The notes under the pieces: generated by a model | Told to the model about the DNA's origin: nothing | Databases searched by the model: none | The model's input: the letters and a program-made list of their open reading frames with translations, nothing else | Assembly (NCBI RefSeq): GCF_000737315.1 | Contig: NZ_JMCB01000002.1 | Location: forward strand, 144,001 to 268,000 | Length of the DNA stretch: 124,000 nt | Reading direction: 5' to 3' | DNA from: Hyalangium minutum | GTDB taxonomy: Bacteria > Myxococcota > Myxococcia > Myxococcales > Myxococcaceae | Shown: positions 39,562-49,784 of the stretch, piece by piece | Layout of the letters: each line of letters opens with the position of its first letter | Numbering within the stretch: position 1 is the first letter of the stretch | Program-made: the position numbers and the translations under genes

Positions 39562-40862
39562 GCGGACATCCCCTGAGAGTTGGAGGCGGCACGTGCCGGG
39601 GGAGCGATGAGCGCCTGCCGCACGAGCCGCACGCCCCGTCCCAGCGTGGACAGAACCACCATCGCCGAGAACAGCATGCCGGCCAGGTACGCCAGCACCA
39701 TCACCACGCTCCCGGAGACAGCGACAAGCGCCTCGAGCGGCTCCGTGCTCGCAAACCGGGCCAGGACGGCGCCCAGCAGCTGCGGCAACGACGTCACAAG
39801 GACCCAGGTGGTGCGCGCGGCGAACACCGCGAAGGTGGCGAAGAACACAGTGGACGCCAGCGCATAGACGGCCAGCGCCACCCGGGAGCCCGCGAGGGGC
39901 GGCGGTCCCTTGTCCCGGCGTCCCATCACGAGGGAGGCCGCGCGTGTCAGCACGTTCGCGCCCCAGGCACGCGCCTGGTCGCGCAGGTTGGGCAGGCGGA
40001 ACAGGTCGGAGTAGACCCAATAGCCATCGAAACGGAAGAACGGATTGAGCGTCACGAAGAGTGTGGTCAAGCTGGCGCCCATGAAGGCGGCAATTGCAGC
40101 GCTCTGGGTTGCCAGTTGCACGGGCGCCGCCAGCGCCGTGACGATCAGCTGGAAATAGACCCCGCCGAGGTTGACACGCATCCGGCCTGCGCGCGGCAGC
40201 CGCCACGCCTCGGTGACATTGCAAAACAGCACGGGGAAGACCAGATACAGACCGATTCCAATTTCGGCGGGCTCGGCGCCGGAGTAGCGCGAGGCCGCCG
40301 CGTGCCCGAGCTCATGGAACGCGAGCGCGCTGAACAGCAGGACGTAGAACAGCAGGGCGTCGCCCAGCGTCATGTTGAAGGTGGTGACCGCTACGCGCAC
40401 GCTGCTGAGCTGGTAAGGCGTGGCCAGCAACCACCCGCCCAGCAGCACGGCGCACGCCAGCAGCGTCGTGATGAGCGCTCGCGGCGCGAACAGGAAGGTG
40501 AACGGGGAACAGGCGCGCGCCACGGTCTCAGGACCGGCCAACTGCCGCGCGAAGAACACGTAGGGAGAGTGGTTGCTGGCCGCTGGCGCGGCTTTCTTGT
40601 CGGTGGAGACTAACCCCGCGGGTATCAACTGGGTTTCAATGACCGAGCGCACCTGCTCGGCGGTGAACTTCACGTCGCCTTCATTCAAGCGCGCCACGAT
40701 CGCGTCGAGCGACGACTCGCGCTCCAGACACTCGAGCAGCCGCGCCAGCCTTTCGGAGCCATGAAAGGCGCGGCGCCCGACGAAAATGCAGTACCGGCGG
40801 CCGCTCTGCGGATCATCCGTCTTGGACAAAGACAGTGCGTCGGTCAGGTAGTATCGATCCAA
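39558..40862 (-). CDS. M50 (site-2 protease)-like membrane metallopeptidase with N-terminal wHTH/RRE-like region
   Basis: FHELGH zinc motif, GLYLVFPVLFCNVTEAWRL, NPFFRFDGY, several TM helices; start uncertain (TTG 40862 chosen). Confidence 0.8.
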   Translation of the reverse strand: MDRYYLTDALSLSKTDDPQSGRRYCIFVGRRAFHGSERLARLLECLERESSLDAIVARLNEGDVKFTAEQVRSVIETQLIPAGLVSTDKKAAPAASNHSPYVFFARQLAGPETVARACSPFTFLFAPRALITTLLACAVLLGGWLLATPYQLSSVRVAVTTFNMTLGDALLFYVLLFSALAFHELGHAAASRYSGAEPAEIGIGLYLVFPVLFCNVTEAWRLPRAGRMRVNLGGVYFQLIVTALAAPVQLATQSAAIAAFMGASLTTLFVTLNPFFRFDGYWVYSDLFRLPNLRDQARAWGANVLTRAASLVMGRRDKGPPPLAGSRVALAVYALASTVFFATFAVFAARTTWVLVTSLPQLLGAVLARFASTEPLEALVAVSGSVVMVLAYLAGMLFSAMVVLSTLGRGVRLVRQALIAPPARAASNSQGMSA

Positions 40863-41179
40863 GCGGGACTCTGGCTGAGAGGGTCTTGTTCCGACTATAT
40901 AGTAAAAGTTCAGAATAACGCGAATCCAGTTCTGTCGCGGATGGGCTGAGCGCGTAGCACCGCTCGCCGATGCGCCCGACCAGGAACTGCGCCGGCGGCT
41001 TCGCGCTCGTCGCCAGGACACGCCCCCCGCTAGCACCGACGTGCGCGTGCATGTGGAGCAGCCGCGTCGCCTTGGCCGCCACGCTCGCGCTGCAGCTGAC
41101 GTCTCCCTCAGGGCTTGGAGTCGATGACCGCGCCCGCCTGGGCTCCTTGCAGGTGGTGGCGCAGCGGGATCCGAGGTAT

Positions 41180-41206
41180 TAGGTTGGATGTAAGAGACCC
41201 AACCTA
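41180..41206. promoter_or_regulatory. Inverted repeat, candidate operator
   Basis: TAGGTTGG-N11-CCAACCTA ending 12 nt before the ATG at 41219. Confidence 0.4.
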
Positions 41207-41218
41207 TTGGGGTAGATT

Positions 41219-41812
41219 ATGGACCTGAAGGCCGTCATCGCGCTCGAGCGGGCAGGCATGGACCCGGCTCACCCGGAGCGCCTGTGGGTGCCCACCGCGC
41301 TCGGCGAGCAGGGCCGGGTGGTGCCCCTGGACCAGGACCTGCCTGTCCCCGTCATGGACGACGGACACCGCGTGGTCTGGCTTCCTCTCGAGCCGTTCTC
41401 CCGGCTCTGGACGGGCTCGGCGGTGGCCCCGGCTCTCTCCCGCGCCTCCCCGCCCGAGTACGAGCCCTTCTTCATCCTCCTTGAGGCCACGGCCGCCGAG
41501 TACTGCGATGCCACCGGTCGTCCCGAGCGCGACAGGGAGTTCGAGCGCCTCTACCGGCAGCTGCGTCGTCGGCCGGACGGCGTGGATCCCAACCCCTTGT
41601 TTTCCTACCTGCGCGCCGCGGCCCGGCTCTACCTCTCCCTGCGGGATGTGAGCCGCGCCGAGTTCGAGTCTGTGGCCGACCGCCTGCGCCTCTCGGCCAG
41701 GACCTTCAGCACCCGGATCGACAGCACCAACTACCACCACTTCGTGCTCGAGGAGTTCTTCCACCCCACGGGACCGCTCCTCACCACGGGCTGGTCGGGA
41801 GGGCTCTCATGA
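41219..41812 (+). CDS. Hypothetical protein
   Basis: 197-aa ORF with ATGA overlap into the next gene. Confidence 0.7.
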   Translation: MDLKAVIALERAGMDPAHPERLWVPTALGEQGRVVPLDQDLPVPVMDDGHRVVWLPLEPFSRLWTGSAVAPALSRASPPEYEPFFILLEATAAEYCDATGRPERDREFERLYRQLRRRPDGVDPNPLFSYLRAAARLYLSLRDVSRAEFESVADRLRLSARTFSTRIDSTNYHHFVLEEFFHPTGPLLTTGWSGGLS

Positions 41813-42882
41813 GCGAGTACCAGTATTACGAGTTCCGGGCCGTGGACCGGCCGCTCACCCAGCGGGAGCGGGCCGAGCTTCGTGCACTCTCTACCCGCGC
41901 CAACATCTCCGCGTACCACTTCTCCAACGTCTATCACTGGGGCAGTTTCAAGGGCTCCCCGGACGAGATGGTGGAGCGCTACTTCGATGCCCACCTCTAT
42001 GTGGCGAACTGGGGCGAGCGCCGGCTCGTGCTCCGTCTTCCTGCCCGGCGCTTCGACCTGCAGCGCGCCAGGCCCTACCAGGAAGGCCGCCGCACCGCGG
42101 TGCAGAGGAAGGGCGACCACGTCATGCTTCGCTTCGAGCTCGACGAAGCCTGGTCCGAGGACGTCCAGGGGGAAGGGTGGCTCACCTCCCTCCTGCCCCT
42201 TCGCGAGGAGCTTCTCTCGGGAGATCTGCGCTCGCTCTATCTCGGGTGGCTGGCACAGGCCGCGCTGGGGCAGTTGAGTGCGGACGACGAGGAGCCGCCC
42301 GTTCCCCCAGGGCTAGGCTCCCTCTCCTCAGCGCTCACCGCGCTCGCGGACTTCCTGCTCATCCCTCCCGAGCTGTTGGAGGTGGCCGCTCGGACCAGTG
42401 CCGCTGAAAAGCCGGTGCCGCGCGAGGAGTTGGAGACGTGGGTTCAGGCGCTACCCGCGCTGGAAAAGGATGCCCTGCTGGTGCGGTTGATCGACAAGGC
42501 CGGGGTGGCCCCTGGCCGAGTCGCGGAGAAGGCCATTCCTCCCCGGAGGCTGGTGGGCGCACTGCTCCGGGAAGCCGTAGCGCTCCAAAAAGCCAAGGAG
42601 CGGCGGGAACAGGAGCGCCAGGTCGCGGCTCGGGAGAAGGAACTCGAGGCGCTCGCGGCCCAGGGCTCCGCTGCTTGGGGGCGGGTGGATCAGCTCTTCT
42701 CCAGCCGTCGCCCCACGGATCATGCGGCCGGTGTGAGGCTCCTCGTGGACCTGAGAGAGGTCGCGCGCCGGAAGGGGACGGAGGACGCGTTCTCCCGCCG
42801 CTTGGGCCAGCTCCGCGAGCGCAATGCCCGAAGAGCCGGGCTGATCTCCCGCATGGACAAGGAAGGCCTGCACGCACCCTGA
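41809..42882 (+). CDS. Hypothetical protein (MSEYQYYEF...DAHLYVANWG type)
   Basis: 357-aa ORF, aromatic-rich N-domain and helical C-terminus, upstream of the SWIM-SNF2 gene. Confidence 0.75.
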   Translation: MSEYQYYEFRAVDRPLTQRERAELRALSTRANISAYHFSNVYHWGSFKGSPDEMVERYFDAHLYVANWGERRLVLRLPARRFDLQRARPYQEGRRTAVQRKGDHVMLRFELDEAWSEDVQGEGWLTSLLPLREELLSGDLRSLYLGWLAQAALGQLSADDEEPPVPPGLGSLSSALTALADFLLIPPELLEVAARTSAAEKPVPREELETWVQALPALEKDALLVRLIDKAGVAPGRVAEKAIPPRRLVGALLREAVALQKAKERREQERQVAAREKELEALAAQGSAAWGRVDQLFSSRRPTDHAAGVRLLVDLREVARRKGTEDAFSRRLGQLRERNARRAGLISRMDKEGLHAP

Positions 42883-42903
42883 ACTCCCGCCTCGCCTGAA
42901 CGT

Positions 42904-45900
42904 ATGGCTCCTCCAGAGACCGAAACCCATCCCGAATCTTCTTCCCGCCGCGCAGCTCCTCAGCCGCTGGAGCCTCTGCGGAGGTGGCTCACCCGCGACG
43001 CGCTTTATGAGATAGCGGGCCCGCGGATGTACCGCCAGGGCCAGGCATGCCTGGCCCAGCACCGCGTGACTTCCTTCGAGGCACTACCCGACGTCCTCAC
43101 GGGGCAGGTGCTCAACCGCCGGGGACATCCCTACCCAGTCACCATCGGCACGGATGCGGATGGTTTCTCGGCGGAGTGCGAGTGCGAGCCCTTCTGGAAC
43201 GAGGGCTTCTGCAAGCATGCTGTCGCGCTGGGGCTGGCCTTTCTCCAAGCGGGGGGGGCCGTCTCGGAGCGGGCCCGGCCGCCGACCCGGTCCGAGCGGC
43301 CGCAGAGCTCCGAGCACCTTCAGGAGTGGTTGGAGGAGCACCACCTCGCTCATGCCCGGCGCATCCCCCTGGCCGTGGTGGAGCCCTTCCTGGAGCGGGG
43401 CTTCAATGGCACGCCCGGTTTCTATGGACTGGCGCACCTGCCCGTCACCGCGCCCTTGGATGGGTCTCTCGATTTGCGGCGGCAGGTGTTTGGGACCCCC
43501 GCGCAGAACCTGCTGCGCGAGGCCGTCTGGGCCTGGCTGGCTGCTGAGGCCGAGCGGGTTCGCAGGGGACTCGAATCCGAACAGGAGCGCGCCGCGGCGC
43601 CTCGTCCACCGCCCACCGATGTGCGGCTGATTCCCTGGAGAGAGGCGCTCGAGAGAGCCAGGGCGCGGGTGCGAGAGCAGGCCGTGCCTCGCCTGCTGCC
43701 GGGCAAGCCCGACATCACGATGCAAGAGCGCCCCTTGCTCCTCTTCATCGAGGAGCCGGGCAGTCCCTCTGCCGTCTTCGCGGGGAAGGACAGCTGGACG
43801 GGGATGATACGCGTGCGCGTGTCCGTGGATCCTCGCGCGCTGCTCGAGGAGCGGGGAGGGTTGTCCTGCTGGTGCACACCTGGAGGAGAAGCTCGCTGCG
43901 TCCATGTCCTCTCCGCACTTGATGCGTTGCTGGACATGCAGGGGGAGTCGCTCTGGGCCTCGTTCAACTCGAGGCTCGCGGAGCTGCTCTTCGAGCTGCC
44001 CGCCCGAGAGCTGCTCGCGGCTTTCGACAAGGCGGCCACCCAAGCGCCCGCGCAGACTCAAGGCAAGGAGGCCACGCGTGTCAGCTTCCGGCTGGAGGGG
44101 CTCGAACACCGGCAGCCCCACCTCCGCCTCTACACGCACAAGCCTCTGAAGAAGGGTGGCTTCTCCAAGGGAACGCCGGTGAGCTGGCGGAACCGGGAGG
44201 AGGCCCGCGCGCTGCTCTCGGATTCACGAGAGCTGGAGGCATTCGAGTTGGGCGAGCTCATCTCCCGGCTCTATACCTTCTCCGTCGACGGATACTTTCT
44301 GCTGCAGCGCGCGGTGAAGCTGCTGGCGCACAGCTCGCGGCTCTTTGCCGGGTCTCGGCTGGACACGCCCCTGCGGGTGCGGGAGGCGTCCCTCGGCCTC
44401 GCTTTCTCCGAGCGAGCGCCGGGGCTCACGGTCCATCCCGCCATCGACGGTGTCCCTGTGTCCCCTGACGCGCTGATGCCTCCGCCCTCGGGCTCCGAGG
44501 CTCCGCTGCCCTGGCTCCTGTTCGAGCCTGAGCTGCCTCGCCTCACGCTGGTGACGGTTCCGCCCGCGGCCCGTGAGGTGCTCACCAAGATAAAAGAGTA
44601 TGGGACGTGGCTCCCCGAGCATGTACGCCCGGCGGTGCTGCGCAAGCTCACGGAGCTGGAGTCCGCCTGTCCCGTGTTTCTCCCCGAGTCCCTGGAGGCT
44701 CGCCCAGTTCCGCCTGAGCCTGGATTCCTGCTGCGCCTACGGCCCGTGGGTGAGGAGTCGCTGGAAGCAGAGCTCCTCGTGCGGCCCCTTCCGGAGGCAC
44801 CCCCGCAGCATCCGGGTGAAGGCCCGCCCCGCGTGCGCGGCCAGCGCGAAGGAGAGCGGGTGGTGGTGATCCGGGATCTGGAGTCCGAGCGCTCCGCGGC
44901 CCTGACCCTGCGCGAGCGCCTCGGGGTGATGGCCACGGAGGCGCCGGGCTTCTTCCGATTAGAGGAGGCGGAAGCGACGCTCGACTTCCTGGAGCGGCTG
45001 GAGCCGCTGGCGGGGCCCGAGCTGCGTGTCGAGTGGGAGCAGCAGCCCTGGAAGGTCTCCCACGTGCCGGCGGCGCGGCGCTTGAAGGTGGAGGTGCTGC
45101 GCAAGCAGGATTGGTTCGGAGTCGACGGCGGTATGGAGGTGGATGGTGAGCGGGTGGAGCTGTCCGCGTTGCTCGAGGCCCTGCGCCAACGCCGCCGCTT
45201 CGTGCGCCTGAGCCCGGGGCACTTCCTGAGGCTGACCGAGGAGCTGCGGGAGCGCCTCACGCCCCTCTCGGATCTGGCGCATCCCACCCGCGAGGGCTTG
45301 GAGGTGAGCAAAGCCGCGGCACCCGTGCTGGATGCCCTCGCCGAGGCAGGTGTGGAGGTGCAGGCCCCACCCGATTGGCGCCGGCTCTCCACCCGCATTC
45401 GCAAGGCCCAGCAGCGCACCTTGGCGCTCCCCGCCGGTTTGAAGGCGGAGCTGCGCGACTACCAGCGCGAGGGCTTCCTCTGGATGGCCCGGCTCGCGGA
45501 GTGGGGCGGAGGGGCCTGCCTTGCCGATGACATGGGGCTCGGTAAGACGCTGCAGACGTTGGCGCTGCTGCTGCATCGCGCCAAGGCAGGACCTGCGCTC
45601 GTGGTGGCTCCGACTTCCGTCTGCTTCAACTGGGCGGCCGAGGCTGCTCGCTTCACTCCCTCCCTGCGGGTGAAGTCCTACCGCGAGGCGGACCGCGAGC
45701 GGCTCCTCAAGGAGCTGAAGGCGGGGGACGTGCTGCTGATCAGCTATGGGCTCCTCGTTCGCGATGCCGAGCGGCTCGGGCAAGTGGCCTTTGCCACCCT
45801 GGTGGTGGACGAGGCCCAGGCCGCGAAGAACCCAGACACGGCTCGCGCCAAGGCGCTCCGGGGGCTCCAGGCCGAGGCGCGGATCGCGCTCACGGGCACC

Positions 45901-46848
45901 CCCGTGGAGAACCGGCTCTCCGAGCTGTGGAGCTTGTTCCGCATCGTCTTCCCGGGGCTGCTCGGTAGCCGCGAGTCCTTCCGCAAGCGCTTCTCCGAGC
46001 CCATCGAGCGAGAGCGAGACCCTGCCGCCCGCGCCGCGCTCTCCCGCGTGCTGCGTCCTTTTCTTCTGCGCCGCACCAAGGCCGAGGTGGCACGCGAGCT
46101 GCCTCCGCGCATCGAGACGGTCGTCCCAGTCGTGCTCTCGGAAGGGGAACGCCGGCTCTACGAGCAGATGCGGCTCGCGGCGCTCGCTAGCGTCGGTGCT
46201 CATGCGGAGGAGGGCCAGCGCTTCGAGCTGCTGGCGGCCCTCACCCGGCTGCGGCAGCTGGCCTGTCACCCTCGGCTGGGAGATCCGGACTCGACCCTGC
46301 CCTCTTCGAAGCTGGAGCGCCTGCTGGAGCGCGTCGACGAGCTGCGGGCCGAGGGAGGCCGGGCGCTCATCTTCAGCCAGTTCGTCCAATTCCTGGGGCT
46401 GGCCCGGGAGGCGCTAGCGGAGCGCGGGTTCTCCGTGCAGTACCTGGACGGGCAGACGCCCCCCGCCGAGCGGCAAGCCCGAGTGGAGGCCTTCCAGCGC
46501 GGCGAGGGGGATGTCTTCCTGATCTCCCTCAAGGCGGGAGGCACGGGGCTGAACCTCACTGCGGCCGACCATGTCATCCACCTGGACCCCTGGTGGAACC
46601 CGGCGGTGGAGGATCAGGCCACCGATCGCGCGCATCGCATCGGGCAGACCCGCCCCGTCACCGTCTCTCGGCTCGTGTCCCAGGGGACCATCGAGGAGGC
46701 CATCCTCGCGCTCCACGCCGAGAAGCGGGAGTTGGCCTCGAACCTGCTCTCCGAGGCCGATGGCGCCGCCGCCCTCACCCCCGAGCAGCTCCTGAACCTG
46801 CTGCGCTTCAGCTCCGTCCCGGAGGCCGAGCCTGTCCCCGCAACATAA
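42904..46848 (+). CDS. SWIM zinc-finger SNF2-family helicase
   Basis: CECxxxxxxxxCKH SWIM and a second CWC...CVH; LADDMGLGKT, DEAQ, LTGTPVEN, DPWWNPAVEDQATDRAHRIGQ. Confidence 0.95.
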   Translation: MAPPETETHPESSSRRAAPQPLEPLRRWLTRDALYEIAGPRMYRQGQACLAQHRVTSFEALPDVLTGQVLNRRGHPYPVTIGTDADGFSAECECEPFWNEGFCKHAVALGLAFLQAGGAVSERARPPTRSERPQSSEHLQEWLEEHHLAHARRIPLAVVEPFLERGFNGTPGFYGLAHLPVTAPLDGSLDLRRQVFGTPAQNLLREAVWAWLAAEAERVRRGLESEQERAAAPRPPPTDVRLIPWREALERARARVREQAVPRLLPGKPDITMQERPLLLFIEEPGSPSAVFAGKDSWTGMIRVRVSVDPRALLEERGGLSCWCTPGGEARCVHVLSALDALLDMQGESLWASFNSRLAELLFELPARELLAAFDKAATQAPAQTQGKEATRVSFRLEGLEHRQPHLRLYTHKPLKKGGFSKGTPVSWRNREEARALLSDSRELEAFELGELISRLYTFSVDGYFLLQRAVKLLAHSSRLFAGSRLDTPLRVREASLGLAFSERAPGLTVHPAIDGVPVSPDALMPPPSGSEAPLPWLLFEPELPRLTLVTVPPAAREVLTKIKEYGTWLPEHVRPAVLRKLTELESACPVFLPESLEARPVPPEPGFLLRLRPVGEESLEAELLVRPLPEAPPQHPGEGPPRVRGQREGERVVVIRDLESERSAALTLRERLGVMATEAPGFFRLEEAEATLDFLERLEPLAGPELRVEWEQQPWKVSHVPAARRLKVEVLRKQDWFGVDGGMEVDGERVELSALLEALRQRRRFVRLSPGHFLRLTEELRERLTPLSDLAHPTREGLEVSKAAAPVLDALAEAGVEVQAPPDWRRLSTRIRKAQQRTLALPAGLKAELRDYQREGFLWMARLAEWGGGACLADDMGLGKTLQTLALLLHRAKAGPALVVAPTSVCFNWAAEAARFTPSLRVKSYREADRERLLKELKAGDVLLISYGLLVRDAERLGQVAFATLVVDEAQAAKNPDTARAKALRGLQAEARIALTGTPVENRLSELWSLFRIVFPGLLGSRESFRKRFSEPIERERDPAARAALSRVLRPFLLRRTKAEVARELPPRIETVVPVVLSEGERRLYEQMRLAALASVGAHAEEGQRFELLAALTRLRQLACHPRLGDPDSTLPSSKLERLLERVDELRAEGGRALIFSQFVQFLGLAREALAERGFSVQYLDGQTPPAERQARVEAFQRGEGDVFLISLKAGGTGLNLTAADHVIHLDPWWNPAVEDQATDRAHRIGQTRPVTVSRLVSQGTIEEAILALHAEKRELASNLLSEADGAAALTPEQLLNLLRFSSVPEAEPVPAT

Positions 46849-46944
46849 GAGAGGGATGTAACAGGTCGAGCCATCCGCCCCAACTCCTGGGAATATGCGC
46901 GCCGACTTCGAGTTCGGCACGTTTGTCAGCCAAGGGAGAGGTGG

Positions 46945-48324
46945 ATGCACCGTCAACAGTGGCTCATCATGGGGTTGGCGCTCTTGGTGGGCTCGGCCGC
47001 AGGAGCACAGGGCCGGTCCGGGAAGAGCGAGCAATCCCGGCTCGGTGCAGGCATCGAGGCCAAGACGCTGAAAAATGGACTGAAGATCATCGTCTGGCCG
47101 GACCACGACATCCCCAACGTGGCCCTCTACAACTTCTTCCGCGTCGGCAGCCGCAACGAGCGCCCCGGCATCACCGGCTTGTCCCACTTCTTCGAGCACA
47201 TGATGTTCAACGGCGCAAAGAAGTACGGCCCTGGCCAGTTCGACTCCGTCATGGAGGCCGCGGGCGGCAGCAACAACGCCACCACGTCCGAGGACACCAC
47301 CCTCTATATGGATTGGTTCCCTCGCTCGGCGCTGGAGACCATCTTCGACCTCGAGGGAGACCGGCTGGCGAACCTGGCCTTCGATCCGAAGATCATCGAG
47401 AGCGAGCGCGGGGTGGTCTACTCGGAGCGGCGCTCGGGGGTGGACAACGACAACACAGGGGCGCTGCTGGAGCAGGTGCAGGCGACGGCGTACGTCGCGC
47501 ATCCGTACCAGTTCCCCGTCATTGGCTGGCCCTCGGACATCGAATCCTGGCGCATGGAGGACCTGCAGCGCTTCTTCCAGACGTACTACGCACCCAATAA
47601 CGCCACGTTGGTGGTGGTGGGCGCGGTGACGCCTGCGGAAGTGTTTGCGCTGGCGGAGAAGCACTTGGGCGCCATCCCCTCTCAGCCGCCGCCCGAGCCG
47701 GTGCGCACCAAGGAGCCCGAGCAGCAGGGCGAGAAGCGCGTGGTGGTGCGCCGCTCGGCCCAGGCCCCGTTGTTCCAGGTGGCCTACCACGCGGTGGACG
47801 CGAAGGATCCAGACCTCGCCGCGTTGGAACTGCTGATGAACATCCTGGCGGAGGGAGAGTCTTCGCGGCTCCACCGGCGGCTGGTGGAAGAGGAGCGGGT
47901 GGCCATCCACGTGGGCAGCCTCTTCAACACCACGTTTGATCCGTCCCTCGCGTTGTTCCTGGTGGACCTGCCGCCGGGCGGAGACGTGGGCCGGGTGGAG
48001 AAGCTGTTCGGCGAGGAGCTGGAGAAGGTCCGCGCGCAGGGCGTCACCGACGCGGAGCTGCGCAAGGCCAAGAACACCACCGTGGCGGACTTCTGGCGCG
48101 GAATGGAGACGAACAATCACCGGGCGCACTTGCTGGGCACCTATGAGGTCTTCCACGGCGACTGGCGTCGGCTGTTCGATGCGCCTGCCCGCTACGAGCA
48201 GGTGACGCGGGAGCAGATTCGCAAGGTGGCTGGGCGCATCTTCGACTCGAACCACCGCACGGTGGGAGTGCTGTTACCCACGGAGGGAGCCGAAGCTCCG
48301 GCAGGGAAGGAGGCGGGACGATGA
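46945..48324 (+). CDS. M16 family zinc peptidase, catalytic subunit
   Basis: HFFEH (HXXEH), GGSNNATT; signal peptide. Confidence 0.93.
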   Translation: MHRQQWLIMGLALLVGSAAGAQGRSGKSEQSRLGAGIEAKTLKNGLKIIVWPDHDIPNVALYNFFRVGSRNERPGITGLSHFFEHMMFNGAKKYGPGQFDSVMEAAGGSNNATTSEDTTLYMDWFPRSALETIFDLEGDRLANLAFDPKIIESERGVVYSERRSGVDNDNTGALLEQVQATAYVAHPYQFPVIGWPSDIESWRMEDLQRFFQTYYAPNNATLVVVGAVTPAEVFALAEKHLGAIPSQPPPEPVRTKEPEQQGEKRVVVRRSAQAPLFQVAYHAVDAKDPDLAALELLMNILAEGESSRLHRRLVEEERVAIHVGSLFNTTFDPSLALFLVDLPPGGDVGRVEKLFGEELEKVRAQGVTDAELRKAKNTTVADFWRGMETNNHRAHLLGTYEVFHGDWRRLFDAPARYEQVTREQIRKVAGRIFDSNHRTVGVLLPTEGAEAPAGKEAGR

Positions 48325-49760
48325 GCGGCAAGGTGGCTCAGGCAGCGCTCGCGGCGCTGCTGGTGACGACCGTGGCGGGAGCCCAGGGAGCAAAGCCCGC
48401 GGAGCCGGCGAAGGCGCAGGGCGTGCAGTTGCCCAAGGCGACGGTGATCGAGCTGAAGAACGGAACCCGGCTCATCCTTGCGGAGAAGCACGGCGTGCCG
48501 CTCGTCTCCTTCAGCGCGTGGCTGCGTGGGGGAAGCCTGGGCGAGCCCCAGGGCAAGGAGGGCCTGGCGTGGCTCACCGGGGAGCTGCTGCTCAAGGGGG
48601 CCGGGAAGCGCAACGCCCAGCAGTTCGCGGAGACGGTGGATGGCGTGGGCGCCGATTTCAACGTGTCGGCGACGCGCGAGGCGCTGCTGGTGGATGGGCA
48701 GTTCCTGGCGCGGGACATCCCGCTGATGGTGGAGCTGCTCTCGGATGTGTTGATGCGGCCCCGCTTCGAGCCGGGCGAGTTCGACAAGATGCGGGACCGG
48801 ATGGTCTCCGAGATCGCCGCGGCGAAGGACGGGGATCCGCGGGGCCTCATGGGCTTCTATTTCCTCGCCTTCCACTTCGCGGGCCACCCCTACGGGCGGC
48901 CAGTGATTGGCAGCGAGGCCTCGATTGCCACGCTCACGCGCGATGACGTGCAGGGGTACGCGAAGGCCCAGCTGGGGGGGGATCGCCTCATCCTCAGCGT
49001 GGTGGGGGACTTCGACACGAAGCAGCTGGCCAGCCGGTTGGAGGCCGCCCTCGGAGGTTGGGCCAAGGCTCCGGCTCCGGCTCCCGTGGTGCCGCCCACG
49101 GCCCCGGTCAAGGGCAGGCGTGTGTTGCTGGTGGACAAGCCGGACGCCACCCAGACGTACTTCTGGATCGGCAACACGGGCATCGCGCGCAATGACCCGG
49201 ACCGGGTCGACGTGACGCTGGCCAACACGCTGCTCGGCGGGCGTTTCACCTCGCTGCTGAACACGGAGCTGCGCGTGAAGACGGGCCTGAGCTACGGCGC
49301 CAACTCCCTGGTGATGAAAGAGACGCAGCCGGGCGTGGTGGCGATCTCCTCCTACACCAAGACGGAGTCCACGGGCCGGGCCATCGACCTGGCGCTGGAG
49401 GTGCTCAACCGCTACCGGCGCGAGGGCATGGATGACGCGGTGCTCGCCTCCACCCGGTCCTTCGTCCTGGGCCAGTTCCCGCCCACGCTCGAGACGAGCG
49501 CCCAAGTGGCCATGAAGCTGTCGGAGCTGGCCTTCTATGGGCTTGATGGCCGGGACGTGGACAACTTCGCCGCGGACGTGATGGGCGCCAGCCGCGAGCA
49601 CATCCACCAGGTGATGCAGCGCGTGCTGCCGGCACCGGAGGACCTGACCCTCGTGCTCATTGGCAAGGCGTCCGCCATCCGCGAGGCCGCCCGCCGCTAT
49701 GGGCCCGTGACGGAGATGAAGCTGTCCGACAAGACCTTCGCGCCCGCGCCCAAGCGCTGA
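48321..49760 (+). CDS. M16 family peptidase, non-catalytic partner
   Basis: M16 fold motifs without HXXEH; SRLNTELR-like [15 protein letters not shown]; overlaps upstream stop. Confidence 0.9.
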   Translation: MSGKVAQAALAALLVTTVAGAQGAKPAEPAKAQGVQLPKATVIELKNGTRLILAEKHGVPLVSFSAWLRGGSLGEPQGKEGLAWLTGELLLKGAGKRNAQQFAETVDGVGADFNVSATREALLVDGQFLARDIPLMVELLSDVLMRPRFEPGEFDKMRDRMVSEIAAAKDGDPRGLMGFYFLAFHFAGHPYGRPVIGSEASIATLTRDDVQGYAKAQLGGDRLILSVVGDFDTKQLASRLEAALGGWAKAPAPAPVVPPTAPVKGRRVLLVDKPDATQTYFWIGNTGIARNDPDRVDVTLANTLLGGRFTSLLNTELRVKTGLSYGANSLVMKETQPGVVAISSYTKTESTGRAIDLALEVLNRYRREGMDDAVLASTRSFVLGQFPPTLETSAQVAMKLSELAFYGLDGRDVDNFAADVMGASREHIHQVMQRVLPAPEDLTLVLIGKASAIREAARRYGPVTEMKLSDKTFAPAPKR

Positions 49761-49784
49761 GGCTCGCTGGGACGGCAAGGTCCG

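Noticed and set aside
39562-40224. ORF-track N-terminal extension of the acyltransferase (607-aa call)
   Set aside because: It overlaps the M50 gene in another frame; ATG 39561 overlapping the M50 stop is the likely start
40895-40913. GTTCAG as part of a Myxococcus LexA box
   Set aside because: The upstream half does not match the consensus as I recall it
40863-41036. ORF-track N-terminal extension of the M50 protein
   Set aside because: It crosses an AT-rich, promoter-like patch and reads as low-information sequence; the start is probably later
38050-41220. Integrase or attL/attR of an element at tRNA-Phe
   Set aside because: No recombinase ORF and no duplicate of the tRNA 3' end seen by eye
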